A stretch of 63,305 nucleotides of DNA, the filler included, from Sphacelaria rigidula (taxonomy: Eukaryota), in assembly GCA_964200075.2 (NCBI GenBank). It is 5 parts of 5 records of this genome, joined end to end, with 100 filler letters (N's around TTAATTAATTAA, not from the genome) between each part and the next. Parts side by side here need not be neighbours in the genome. Positions count along the whole stretch, not along the records: positions 38,046 to 50,625 come from CAXNAA020003607.1; 4 more parts are not named here. The stretch is one strand, 5' to 3'. The notes beneath the pieces are model-generated. The model made no database searches, was not told where the DNA came from, and saw only the letters and a list, made by a program, of their open reading frames with translations. The first letter of the stretch is position 1. Every line of letters begins with the position of its first letter. Positions 38,046 to 50,725 of the stretch are shown one piece after another. The position numbers were made by a program, and so were the translations under genes.

Positions 38046-38767
38046 AAAAAAGAGAGAAAAAAAAAAAAAAAAAAAAAAAAAGGAGAAAAGAAAAAAAAAC
38101 AAGAAAGGGAGAGGGGGGGGGGGGGGGGGGGGGAACTGGACTGAACAAAACAACAACAAACACAAAAGACTAGACATGGTCGGTCTCTGCAACATGGCTC
38201 CTCCCTCGATTCTCCATTAGCTTGTGCTATTCTCTCGAAAAGAATGAATATCTCTTCTCCACGTCCGGGAATGTGCTCTCAACGGATCAACCATTTCCAT
38301 TTTCTGAAGTTTGCATGACCACATCTGGCGGCCCAATTACTTCAATTTAAATTACCTTCCCACCCCCCGCAACCGCTGACCTTACTCAGGACAGATAGGT
38401 GGGGTGCCTAGGCTAAGACTCCCGCCGCTCCTCGTCCCCTCGCTCGCACCCCTTTGTTGTTCTTGAATACAAAATTTGCACATTTGCAGGAAACCACTAT
38501 AGTGAACCAACGAGAACGTCTCTGCACGCAGCTGAAATTTAATTCACTGCAGGAGTCATGTACAGTACATACAAAACCGATTAGGTGAACTGGTCGATTG
38601 CTATACCTCCCCTATAAGATGCGGTGCGGTCTCAAGGTCATTCCAAACTTCCGCCGCCTAACTTGTGTTATTTTCCACATCAGTTCGATCTCTGACACAT
38701 GGGCAGTTCCCACCAACTTCTCGAATACACCATACATCCAGTCCAGGAACCTGCTTTCAACACGTGG

Positions 38768-38936
38768 ACCATCTTCACTCCCAGTATTCTAACGACGCTT
38801 AGCAGCCCATCACTTGAAATTGAACCATCCTCACTCTCAGTATTTTAACGACGCTTAGCAGCTCATCACTTGAAATTGCACCATCTTCACTTTCAGTGTT
38901 CTAACGACTCTCGGCAGCCCAATCACTTGGAATTAG
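38768..38936 (+). repeat. 56-bp minisatellite, 3 copies
   Basis: Units start at 38768, 38824 and 38880 (accatcttcactcccagtattctaacgacgcttagcagcccatcacttgaaattga). Confidence 0.9.
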
Positions 38937-39737
38937 CGGGCCCCTTCCCCTCTCCCTCCGCCACCTTTCGGCAAAATTTGGTGTGTTGGCCGGACTCAGG
39001 GTTTTCACATGCCACACCAAGTCCCACCATTAGCAAGCGCTTTCCTTCGTGGCATGGGGCGAAATCTTTGGCGAGAATCAAGAGGAATATTCCAAAGCTT
39101 TCGAACTGTTCCACAAAACGTAAAGCGCGTACCTTTCGGGTGGTGGCCTTCATTTTCATGCCAAGTGGATTCAACTCGACCGACATCACCGCTCTCAGAG
39201 AGCAATCCAGCAGCACTAAATATGTTTGAATCACTTCTACAAACATGAAACTCGAACTCTGCCCATATAGGATTGTTGAGAAACGCTTGTATGCGACTTC
39301 TCCTCCCGGTTGCCCCGCACGATGCACGACTCTCGCTCTCTCAACTCCGCCTGCGACATATACCCCTCCCTTCCGTTCACCCAGCTACCTCCAGACTCGA
39401 CAACGACACCTACATTCACATCGGCCGTTACACCTGCGAAAACTGCCCCTCCCTTGGGTTCACTCAGGCACCTCCATAACTCGACACCGACACCTATATT
39501 CATATCCGCCGTTACCCCCAGTAACCCACATCAACACATGCCACTAGTGCCTTCTCAGTACGTGGTAACCTGGTCGGAAAGCTGACGCTGCTGGTCAGCG
39601 CTGTGCCTCTGGTCCACCATGACACGAGCAAGATCCAACCAATCGCACGCATCGAGATCAGCCGGGACCTCCTGAACGCTTGTCTGGTATAGCCTCTCCC
39701 GTGCAATGCCCGCAGGCGTCGACGTCAACACCTTCCT

Positions 39738-41420
39738 TTATCTCCGACAACTCGAAACTGCTTCTTTTCCGTTTTCGACTAAACCAGAACTGCTAGTGTT
39801 TTCAACGATGAAACCGCTCCCAACAGGATCCCTTGAACTTCCAGTTTGAGGTCGATTGGTTTTCGTTAGATATGCCAACGATGCTGATGGCTGCAACGCG
39901 AATGTTCGCCCCAAACACTCCCCAGCTCCCCTCCCTGCAGGTCTCGTATACCCAGCACGAGAAGCAAGACACCCACCAACAGCTTTGCCGAAACCAAACG
40001 CCAGCGTGTCTGTCGAAAGATTCGTCGAAACAATCGCTTGATCTACGCCCTTCCGTGAGGAAGCACGATCTCCTGAAGTCGTGGCGGCAGATGACTCCAT
40101 AACTGAGGGCTCCCCAGATGAGGCAGCACTTCCACCACTTCCGTGGTCAGCTTGCGGCATGCTTCGTTGCCTTTTATTACCGTCGAATCCCCATCCGTAA
40201 CGCTGCTTGTCCAACGTCATACCCGGGGGCTTCAACAGATTAAATGAGTAACCCTTTTCTACATCATGGCGCGACTCCGCGGCAGTGGACGGATCAGAGC
40301 CGAAGAGCCCACCCGCAGTGGACGGGTTCGGTGCAGCGAAGCCTTCAACACCGGCAGGCAGTGCACAACCCGACCGATCCGCCGATGGCACGCCGAGGCT
40401 GGTCGATTCTCGCCGTTGCAACAACGAAGGTGGCGCTGATGTCGCCACCATTGCAGCACGGTGTGAGAGGCTCATGGACGAACAAGCAGTCTGGATTTCG
40501 TCATCACGAGTCTCAGTTCCAACAGTTGATACACCAAGCAGTTCCTCGATCGACAAATGGACATCTACTTCTGTACTGCGGGATGACGCGGCCATCTGCG
40601 ATCCAGGACGAACCATTCCTTCCGCCAACTGAGTCTCTACTTCTGCACCGCGACCTGCTGCTGACATTCCAGATCTTCGAGCAACCATACCTCCCTCCTC
40701 CTGCATCGCGGCTCCTGCATTTTCATAATTCAGCGCATTATTCAACGGCCACTTTCGTGGTCCTATGATCCCGGACGGGTGCGACTCATGATTTTCATGT
40801 CCAACTCTCCCTTGCGCAGATGAACCCTCATAACCACTTAATACCGCACCCCCCAACATATCTACTTCTGCTGATGGCGCGCGGAAGCTTACGCAGGTTC
40901 CTTGCACCAATGAGGACGGGTGTGTTGGTCTCATCCTCGGCAATGAGGCATCGCCATTCAGGACCTCACGTGACACGGCACTGGGGCCACGGGCGCCAGA
41001 AGCTCCAGCGCCCACTGTGAACATGTGTGGTATTTCTTTCCCCGAGTCTTTTTCCCGGCGAGTGTTGAGGGCCGCACCGAAGACTGTCCTCGGCATTGCC
41101 GACCCACAAGACTTTACACCCTCTGGGCTTCGTGCCATTTCTGTCTCGTTGCTATCATTGTCTCGGACATCATCATCACAGCAGCCGTTCCTCTTCGTAC
41201 AGGACAACGACTCTCCCCCGGAATATGACGACATCGCCGGAGATGCATCTTCACTGGTAAACGACGCTGTGGAAGAAGCAGAATCGACCTCTCGTTGGTG
41301 GTTTCTCATCACACCGGGAGTCAGAGCCCCCGGGAACCCATTGCTGCAACCCTGCGCACTCCTGTCATCGCCATCGTGACGGTGACCGATCACGTTTGCG
41401 CTGGGTGTTGGTACCTCGTC

Positions 41421-41453
<33 letters not shown>

Positions 41454-41490
41454 TACTTTGTCCCACGACATGGCGACGCGCTCCCAAGCC
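39738..41490 (-). CDS. Probable terminal exon of an unknown protein (poly-Asp, then long disordered S/G/A-rich tail)
   Basis: 577-aa ORF extended to the acceptor ccatcag| at 41491. Its phase-2 'g' completes AGG with the exon at 46571, giving ...LEEAVAR-AWERVAMSWDK. Confidence 0.75.
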
Positions 41491-41676
41491 CTGATGGAAC
41501 GACGTCATGCCCAGAGTAGCAACGTGTAAGCGGGGTGGATCCAGCGTGCAGACGTGTGACAACAGTTTGCGGCTGCGAAAAGATTAATAAATGGATCGCT
41601 GTGTGACGACACGATATCATCTCAAAACTTCTGCGGAAGCCACCACCCACGAAAAACTCGAATCGAACGTAGTCAC

Positions 41677-42187
41677 CAAGATCGTGTTCTATAGGGTACG
41701 GGTATTTTCTGTAGGGTATGGAATTCCTTACAGAACTAACAGAAATATCGGGTACGGGTATGAAAATCTTACAGAGTTTACAAAACTGTCGGGTATCGGT
41801 TTGAAAGTCTTACAGAATTTACAAAACTTGTCGGGTACGATACAGGAAGCCTACAGAAAACCGTACCGGCGGTAGGGGTTTTCTTTGAGGGCCGCGCTCC
41901 GGGTACGGGCATACATTATTAATAGAACACATAGAACTGTCGGGTAAGGGTATGGAAGGCGTACAAACCTCACTGAAACTGTCGGGCGGGGTATGGAGGC
42001 TGCACAGAAACCGTATCCGCAACCGAGTATCTCATCAAGAGCACACCCGTGCCCCCCGGTAACGGTACGGGAGGCTTACAGAATTCACAGAACTCTTGGG
42101 TAAGGGTATGAGAGTGTCGGGTACGGTAAATACCCGGGAAAACACCCCGGGTATACAGAAAACCGTACCCGACACAACACAACCTTG
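41677..42187. mobile_element. Non-autonomous DNA transposon with many (C)GGGTA(C/T) subterminal repeats
   Basis: Imperfect 25-bp TIRs caagatcgtgttctatagggtacgg / ccgtacccgacacaacacaaccttg. TSD not recognisable. Confidence 0.65.
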
Positions 42188-43799
42188 ATAATTTCAGTCC
42201 AACAGGAACAAAGTCAGGTTTCTCAGTAGCTATTTGTGCGTTTCCAAATTTGAGTTGTATTATTTTTCACGCCCGACTTGTCCCTACCGTTGAAACATTT
42301 TACATCTCTGTAGTATTGGCCGCACTACTGGGTGAGGAACCGTCTCAGGAGTGCTTCAAGGTCTGACACAAGAAGTAAAAAAGTGAACAAAGGACATACC
42401 TTGACGTCACCGCAGAAAAAAACTATCACGGATTATTGTACCCGCCTAAAAGTGTTACTCTTGAATGAAATACTTCAGTGTTCGTGACCCGTTCGTTGCC
42501 CAATCAACCTCATTTTTCCTCGCAGTAACCCCACGTATTCAACTAGTTCAATGCCTTCTAAAAATAGTGATTTGTACAATGGGTAAGTCCTGCCGTCTAT
42601 GCAACCCCGTAGCAATTGCCCCTGCCTCATTGCGGAGTATTTCAAAGTCCGAATAGTACAACCTTAGTGAGTGTGAAGTCAATATTTCAAGCCGGAGAAC
42701 TATACTCTCCGTTCTTCGTCCTCCGATGAAGGCCATGACCGGTCGTGTCGGTACGGCGTGGGGAGGATCTTTTGGGCGGGTGTGAGGCCAAACTCACCCT
42801 CAAGGAGTGATTCCTTCTTGCAACTACCTCTGGCCAAGGCCGTGGTGTGGCGGTAAAGTTGGGTTAGCGCGGTGTCCATCAGGCATACCCACCCCTCTGT
42901 TGTAATACAGTATGATGTGTCAGCGCCCCGAGTTCGGGCATATCCTCGTTTTCAAACCGTGCAATGTGTCAACACCCTGAATGCGGGCATGATGTAGTTG
43001 AGTGTGTGCACGGAGGCAGATGACACTACTGTCGAAAGCTGGCACGCACACCTTTGATACAAGGGAGCGTGTGCCGGTGTGCAGGCTCGAAAAGGCGACA
43101 AGGATGTAGCAGAAGCGGTCGTCGACGGACGGGTCAGGTGTAACTGAGCCTCCTGGACGAGACACCTCGAGACTAGAACCGGAGTGCATCATGAAGAGGA
43201 AGTGACGGAAGGAAGAAGAGGGAGCACTGACTACGAACAGCGACGAGAATATGTGGGCATGGAAACTGGCGAGGGTGGGCGGTGCGTTGGCTATGGACGC
43301 TAGTGAGGACGGATTATAGCGTCAGGAGATCGACATTGTAACCAAGGAGGATCCAGCAACGGAGAAGAGCAGAGCAGGGCGACGAATTTCGCTGAGGGCT
43401 GGCTACTACATTTCTTTTGGGTGTTGAGATAGTTTATTATGGTCACCACGTGCAGATGGTATCGCATGTTTTCACGGTTGATTATTCGACACTCGGAACA
43501 GATCGCACTTCTTGCTGATAGCGGCATGTCGGGTGTAGGCTAGACACGCCCTGTTGGTTGTTCTTTTATGACGGTGCTGTTTGACTAGAACCTAAGGGGG
43601 GACATATTTCCTCGTTTTCTCTCCTCGTTACCAATGGTTCGTCCTTCTTGTTCTCCCTGTGTTTTTTGGGTCTTCCTATCTGACGCTGCGCAGTCTTCGG
43701 TGCGCAGACTAGACAGCATATCTATGTTGGGAGTGGTTCCTGTTCTGTGCGACAGTTTGATTACCGACTTACTCGCTGTTACTACACTGACGTTGCACG

Positions 43800-44010
43800 C
43801 CGGGATGTTTTAGCTTCCGGTAGGTCTTCAGGAGTTCAATCGGTCTTTTACGAATCTTTGCAGTGCAGGTGCCTTTTTTTTCGCGTAGATGTTTTGTTTC
43901 TCGCCTTCCCCTGTTGGCAGTTTTATGTCTGGTTATGGGTTGTATGCTCCTTGCACTCTGTGATCACGGATTCGAGAGGTCGAGCTAATGTGACAGAAAT
44001 AATAATATTA
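43800..44010 (+). mobile_element. LINE/SINE 3' end family C (longest copy)
   Basis: tatgctccttgcactctgtgatcacggattcgagaggtcgagctaatgtgac + aataataat. 5' boundary approximate. Confidence 0.65.
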
Positions 44011-44960
44011 CACCATACCTGCAGTAGACGTGGTTACAGAAGGCCCCAACCCCCGTCCATTCTTCCAGTGGAGGAACTGGCAAACTTCCAGCAGGACGGT
44101 GAGGGTTATAAGCAGCTCTTGCTTGCTCATACAGTTCCGCCAGCCCCATGGCGGCTAGCGTCGCCAGCATCTTGTGTATGACATGGTTCCTGTTGCGACA
44201 AAAATCACAACTTTACTCAGTCGTTGAATAACGACAACAGTATACTACAGCCAAAACCTAACCCCAAACACCTTGACGAACTGAGATTCAACAATCATTT
44301 ACACGGCGCGGTAGCGCACATGAGTCATGCCGCATAATCAGCCGCGAAAACGCACACAGCGGTGTGGCTATCTAGCAGCAAAATGCCGTATCCTTTTTCA
44401 CCCCGTAGGAAGTGATGGATAGCCAACGAAACATCACCCTCCTGACGATGAAGCTATGACACGGTTCATAAACATGTTGCACTCACAACACTGGGAGTCG
44501 GCAAGCTCCTGGGAACCGCGTCTGCACCTCCACGCCGCGTGCCAAATTCTCTCGCGCGCCCTCCAAGTCGTGCCTCGCAATCTTGGAAAACACGAGCGAG
44601 CTGTAGGCACGAGACGCAAAGAACACGCGGGTCGAAGGCAACGTCATTAAACGGCAATACTGTGGTAGGTGCGCTATCCAGCTGGGCTACTACTCGGCGT
44701 TTTCTTTTCGTGTGCGAAACCTACAAGGCTGTGCCACAGTCCACCCGGGCATAAAAAAAAAACATGGGGAGACGAGTCTGGCAAACGTCACATATGTTAA
44801 CAAGCCATCGAAAACAACCGAGGGGGGGAGCTCGTACTCGACCATTAGATTGCACCTTGGTAAGGTCGAAAACGCGGCTTGGCTCCAGTAGAAGTTTATC
44901 ATGGAAGCATTTGCACTTTTGGAAGAAACAATGCCACTTTATTGCAGTATAGGTTTCACT

Positions 44961-44962
44961 GA

Positions 44963-45003
<41 letters not shown>

Positions 45004-45065
45004 CGCACTTTGACTGACCCCCCAGGGGTCATGATCCACCCGTGGTCTCATGATTCACTGCGATG
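44961..45065 (-). mobile_element. Retroposon 3' end with (ATCA)n tail
   Basis: Minus strand gagaccacgggtggatcatgacccctggggggtcagtcaaagtgcgac followed by an (aatc)n tract. Confidence 0.55.
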
Positions 45066-45692
45066 CGCTTACAGCCCATCGCTGCATCGGGTGTGTGTCG
45101 AGAATGTTTGTACTTGAATTTAGTGCTCCCCTTTCCCCCGTCTGGGCTTTCGAGTGCGAGCTCATTGTCAGTACGTGTCCAGAGTACGAGAAAGACGGCT
45201 GCTTTCGATAACATCACGCGCGAGTGGAGTGTGTCCCTGCTCGAAGCGAACCTGCACGGGTGTTCACAGTTGACTGGGTCGACGCCGTTCCACTTCATAT
45301 TCAGATCCCGTGCAAGCTCTGCCAAGCATACTGCGCCTCGCCGGCTTCGCTACCGAGGGTTGGAATACAGTACATGATTTGGTATCGCAAGCACGGTGCC
45401 GACAGAACTCAATGCAAGCTGATTTTACGTGTAAAATGCGATTTCTCGCTCTTCAAGGTGCATCGCATTACGGAACGCGTCACCACGGGTTTTGGCGCGG
45501 TGCTGTACAACTAACCTATTGATGACAATTCCACCGATGCCGGGCGCAATGGTTGTTCTGGTTATGCGTCCAGCAGTGTCGCACCGAAGAAGCCGCGGCA
45601 CGGATGCGAACGTCGATAATAGAGGGACGATCGAGAAGAGCATGGGTTCAGGGAATGACGATGGAGGGTGTACATACGTGTCTGCAAATATC

Positions 45693-46011
45693 ATCGTTTA
45701 TTCTACTGTTTTCCTTTCTTTGTCGCACTTTGAACCCATCCTCTCCCTTGGGAAGACTCCATGGTCTCAAGGGATCGACCCATCTCTCCCCGGTTCACGC
45801 CTTGCATTTTGGTCTCGCGGATTGGATCATGACCATCAGCACTCCCGCACCGCCTCAAATATCGTCAACCAAACTCAGCCAACTATCATTTGTGCACTTA
45901 GGTATTCACGCTTTCGACAGTGAAAATCAGATACTTTCGAAGAAAAATCCCAACACACGGCCCCTTTACCTTTATGGCGACATTCTGATCATCATATTAC
46001 CAGGGCGAGGC
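45693..46011 (-). mobile_element. SINE family B, full-length
   Basis: Reverse complement aligns end to end with 59711-60035; head gcctcgccctggtaatatgatg. Confidence 0.8.
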
Positions 46012-46570
46012 GGCAAATAGAACACATGTGTAGTGCACCATATCGCGGAGAGCTTTTTTCCGTTTCACGCACGCAACGTTTGCCCTGCACCCACGCCTTG
46101 CACTTTACAACTTCAGAGGTCAGCGAAACACATGTGTTCGGTGCGCGGCCCCCCCGAAGTCGTCTGGCATATCCGATCTCTGTCCTCTCTTCCCTGCGTA
46201 TCCGCACCTCATTCCCGGCCCCTCCCCCACCACCTCCACACTGCGAATGATGTCTACACTCGTTCCTCCATCCCATCTCTTTACAAACAAGCATGAGCCG
46301 TCCGTCATTCCTGCTTCCATAGCTGAGTACACCGAGTACTTCCACAGATCCCACCAAACAAACCTCTTCACCACAGAGAGAGAGAACCAACCCATCGCGA
46401 AGAACTTCAACAGTAGAATCTATCCCGTGGCACTCGCAAGAACAGCAGACACCCAGAGAGTCCGGTTTCGCAACGCCTGGCCGTTCGGTTTGCGACAGGC
46501 ATGCTCATAGTCTATGATACCTCAAGCAAGACAATATTCCGTGCCACTCTTGCCGGGACACAATTCATAC

Positions 46571-46902
46571 CTGGCCACTGCTTCCTCTAGCCTCTCATAC
46601 TCGCGCGAGAACCCTCTCAGCCTTTTCAGCATGTTCCTTTCGAGCACTCCCGCGGTCCCCAGCGCCTCCTCTCCGCACAGCGGTACCAAAATAGACGCGC
46701 GCTGCCTCTTTTTTCCCCACGTCGCGTTGTTTTTGCTGTAGACGAAAAAATCCTCTTTTGTGACAGCCCCCACGTTATCCCTGTCGGATAAAACCGCGGC
46801 GTTGGCTTCCTGGAGAACGTCATTGAAGAACGCCCGATGAAACGACCTGTACGAATGAAGCACGAACGCGGCCACCTCGCCCTCCGTGGCAACCTCGTGA
46901 AT
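46571..46902 (-). CDS. Internal exon of unknown protein (helical globular region)
   Basis: gcacag|IHEVATEGEVAAFVLHSYRSFHRAFF...EYERLEEAVA(R)|gtatga, phase 0/2, compatible with both neighbours. Confidence 0.8.
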
Positions 46903-48604
46903 CTGTGCGGCCATACGACGATAAAATTGCCCCGGAGGCACAAATAACACCAAGTTTTGTTCGCAGTCATTTTCACCGATAGGTTGGACTAACACATGCT
47001 TGCCTCACTTGGTGATGAGCTCGTGTGAGCTGCGCTCACATCGAGCCAGAACGCTCACGCGTAGTCTCAGTTTGGCATTCGCTCCGATAGTAGAGAGCAT
47101 TTCAGAAGCCACTAGCATGTTGAGGCAAACAAAAGTAGGAGTGTAAGGCTGGGGGGGGTGTAGCGGCCAGCACACACAAATACCACAGAACGTCTGCAGC
47201 GGGTAATTATCAAAACTTTGTGGATATCCAAGCATACAGCGGCTAGAACACGGATGGGGAAAAGGTCATCAATCATACGGAAGCCAGCAGTACCCGTACA
47301 CGGTGACGGTCAAGTCTCACGCTGACTCTAACACAGGATTGAACCGATTATTGTACGGGTGCACGGGTGGGCGCTTGACAGTAAAACACGCGTGTTTTGG
47401 TGACATCTTTATCCCTTGTGTATGCAAGCAGATATAATCGAGTAAGGAGTCATGGGAAGCATCGATCCCTGGGGTGTTATCTTGCGTGTACGGTCTACTT
47501 TTGTGCAGGATTTATGAGGAAGTGTTCCTGACCACATCGCACAAAATTCGATGTGTACGATATGTGTTTATCCACCATTCTGTTGGGCACGATAAACAGA
47601 CCCCGAGAACGGAAAGGGAACTCTGCATTGCGCAGATGCATGTGGTGGTGGAGATTGCCTGTTGATAATTGAGTCACGTGGTGTGGAGTGCCATCCATGG
47701 GGACTACATCTATATTCTTCGCCCGCGTAATATATCTGAGAAAGATTGTTACGTAGGTGTTCAATACGCGCTTGTTTCACCCTTTTGGAACCTTTCCCTC
47801 CAATGTCCGGGTGAGACGCCTCATTATCACCAGACTTGAAGAAGAAGAAGAAGAAGAAGAAGAGAGAATGGAAACCCAAGAGACCAAGCACAAGCATGAA
47901 TACGGAAATAGCAGGAAACATTCTACGAACATCTGTGATACCCATTCAAGAAATGTCACCCTTGTTTGGTTTGGTCGTCCGATAAGTTGTGAAGCGTTGT
48001 CAATTGTGTTGATCTGGTATAATCTTAGTATTTGATGCCCATACTCCAAATCAGTAGTTTCCATATCTCCAGGTTTCCGGTACAGCACGCCACGTGTGAG
48101 TATGACTCCCACGCATTGCAGTAGGGTCCCCTCATACACCATATCATGCATTTTTTGTCAAAATCCCGTGCGGTACTGCACTGTACCGTAACATGCACGA
48201 TAGACAGTAAGAACCGTCATGTAAGCAAGCACATCGCTACCCGAGCTGTACACGTGCCCGATGCACGCTGTGTTGTACCCGCTGCGGCCTTTTGTCCCGC
48301 GTAAACCAGTCGCAAAGGGCCGTGTTAAGCCCTTTCACCACTCACTCGCAGGCAGCACCACGAGACAAGTCAACGGTAAAATTCGTGATAGACCGGACTT
48401 TCTTTTTAATTCTGAATACGGAAAACGTGATGCTCGTGATGCGAGTCATGTGCGGGACTTTGCGCATCAGTCCCCGCTTGTTAAATGTGATGCTGGATTC
48501 TGACGGCGAGTATGAAGGATGAGGTCGCATGAACTCCAGAGGACAGCATATACTTTTGATCGCGTCGTGTTCTTCACCGTGCGTGAAGAGACACGAAAGA
48601 GTCG

Positions 48605-48607
<3 letters not shown>

Positions 48608-48676
<69 letters not shown>

Positions 48677-49004
48677 GGTCCCATTAATTCTGGACGCTGG
48701 TCAACACCTTTCGGTATGTGTGGGTGCACCAGCCGGGGTCACAGAACGTCAACACAGGATTTGCTTTTTTTCAATGTTCCACCTTCCTCCTGCGGTGCTT
48801 GCCTTTATTTTTAATCGCGAGAGGGGTTCGGCAGTCCCTTTCCCTCGTCGACCATCAAGTCGAATTGTTGTGTACCCACGACGTAGTCGCTGTCCACTGT
48901 TGGGTTTGAGGTTGAGTAAAAATCCCAGATCGCTCCGAGATTTGAACCCACGACCCACCCGTCAGATATTTCGAGATTACCAACTGAGCCACCGGGGCGA
49001 CCGG
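48608..49004 (-). mobile_element. SINE family A, full-length, with long (CA)n tail
   Basis: Minus strand ccggtcgccccggtggctcagttgg (A box), gggttcaaatctc (B box). (GT)n tract at 48608-48672. Confidence 0.9.
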
Positions 49005-49049
49005 GGCGTCAACGGCATGGCAAAAACAAGCAGGTAAATCTAAAGGATG

Positions 49050-49312
49050 CGACATGTTGGGGTCCTAGGTAAAAACAAAATGGGGAATTCAGATTATCCT
49101 ATTAGATCGTCGAAATTCCCCAAAATGTTTTCTTCACCTAGAACCCCGACATGTCGGTTATCAGGATCCAGATTTGTATGCCGTGTAGTAGTTGTCAATA
49201 GCTAACAGGAGATGAAGGAGTGGAACTATATATCGAAGATTTTTTGTGCATACGAAGACTTCAATCCTCCGGGTTCTCACCCTCAGTACAACATTTTGTA
49301 ATATCCCGTGTT
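49050..49312. mobile_element. Truncated copy of the 55057-55487 foldback element
   Basis: Shares the centre (atgttggggtcctag...ctagaaccccgacat) and the right arm (gtgtagtagttgtcaatagcta...atcccgtgtt). Confidence 0.7.
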
Positions 49313-50292
49313 CAGAACGGGAAAAGAAAAAAGCGAAAGCACGGACCCGGGGAGTGACTTCCGCCTTCCCGCTCGCTGCTCCCATTGCAACCAGTCAACC
49401 AGTCGAACTGAATTACAGGCAGAGAATCCCTCGCACTACAGCAGAGCACGTTTTGCCTATTTCGGATATCTGATCGAGAATATGCCCTGTGCTATATGAA
49501 CATGTGTCTCGCCAACCCTCGGAGATGTAGTTCTCAAACAGCAGATTTCCCGCACAGGATGGAGATGTAAGTCATTTTAGCACTGCAGAAATACCTGCAT
49601 ACGCTTGAAAAAAAGATCTTCATCTAGGGATTATATAATCCACATATTTTCGGGCACATGCGCTCTAGAGTCAAGAGGCCTCCTACCAGGTTTGTTCGAC
49701 ACATATATGAACTTCTAGTATGAACATTTGAACATTGAGGTGGGTGAAAACTTCTGAGCGACGAAGGTGTCTGTGGCGTATCCTGCATTCCGCATGATCG
49801 CGCAAGTACGTGCTTGTGTCAGGTGAAACATGAAGGAAGACCTGTACTAGACAAGCGCCCAAAATATTTTCCAATGAGGCCAAAATGGGATGAACCCCCC
49901 GTGTGCGGTGGGTCGATGTCACGCAAGTCTGCGATTACTGGCGCGGTAGAATGAGAAGTTCGTCTAGGACCGAAGCTCATAAGAGTACGGCGGAGCGTGC
50001 ACTGCGCTACGTTTAGGGGCTTCGTGGGTTCAGCTCACACACTGCCTTGAGCAAAGCTTTCCGAGAACTCGAGGCGCCTGCCCCAGATGACCGCTGCGAG
50101 GCGGTCTAGCCCTACCTCCGGGTGATCGGCCCTCTGACCCGTTCGCGGGGTACCTGCTGAATAAGGTTTCCTCCTTCCTTCAATGAAAGCGAACACAAAA
50201 AAATGGGACGCTTGTACGGCTTGGTTACTACATGAGGTAATACACCTACCTTATCTCATTTCCGTGTTCAGAGCGATCAAACTTGTACTCAC

Positions 50293-50403
50293 GTGCAGGG
50301 CTGGATCCTTCTCGGCACAAAACGCCTCCAGATCAGCGGCATCGGCGTAGCGGCAGTGCATGAGGTTCATGTTGTCCAGACTTCTCACCAAGTGTGGAAA
50401 ACC
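50293..50403 (-). CDS. Upstream exon of the scaffold-4 unknown gene
   Basis: tttcag|GFPHLVRSLDNMNLMHCRYADAADLEAFCAEKDPALH|gtgagt, 111 bp, phase 0. Translation could start at ATG 50370. Confidence 0.65.
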
Positions 50404-50625
50404 CTGAAAACATTCAGTGGATGAGAAGATCAGAAGAAGGCAAGAAACACCGTGTGCAGTGAACAAGCCGTAAAAACTGCGGTACGGAGGAAAATATCAG
50501 AATGAGAAAGAAAACATAGAGAGAGAGAGGGGGGGGGGGGGGGGGGGATGGAAATTAAAACGGGAAGCTTGGACATGATGCGCACAGAGGGCTGGCAGCC
50601 CGCCAACCACACTTTTGCTCCAAAC

Positions 50626-50725
50626 NNNNNNNNNNNNNNNNNNNNNNNNNNNNNNNNNNNNNNNNNNNNTTAATTAATTAANNNNNNNNNNNNNNNNNNN
50701 NNNNNNNNNNNNNNNNNNNNNNNNN
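50626..50725. other. Artificial scaffold spacer
   Basis: N44-TTAATTAATTAA-N44. Confidence 0.98.

Noticed and set aside
38768..38936. CRISPR-like array
   Set aside because: Units are contiguous with no unique spacers, in a eukaryotic context with no cas genes; it is a minisatellite.
42290..43200. Extra exon candidates in the 41491-46570 intron
   Set aside because: In-frame stops or weak donors; the flanking exons already join in phase without them.
48930..49004. tRNA gene candidates (also 14963, 56388, 59711, 16071)
   Set aside because: A/B boxes are present but there is no proper cloverleaf. All but 16071 continue into a shared repeat body, so they are SINE heads; 16071 is probably a decayed one.
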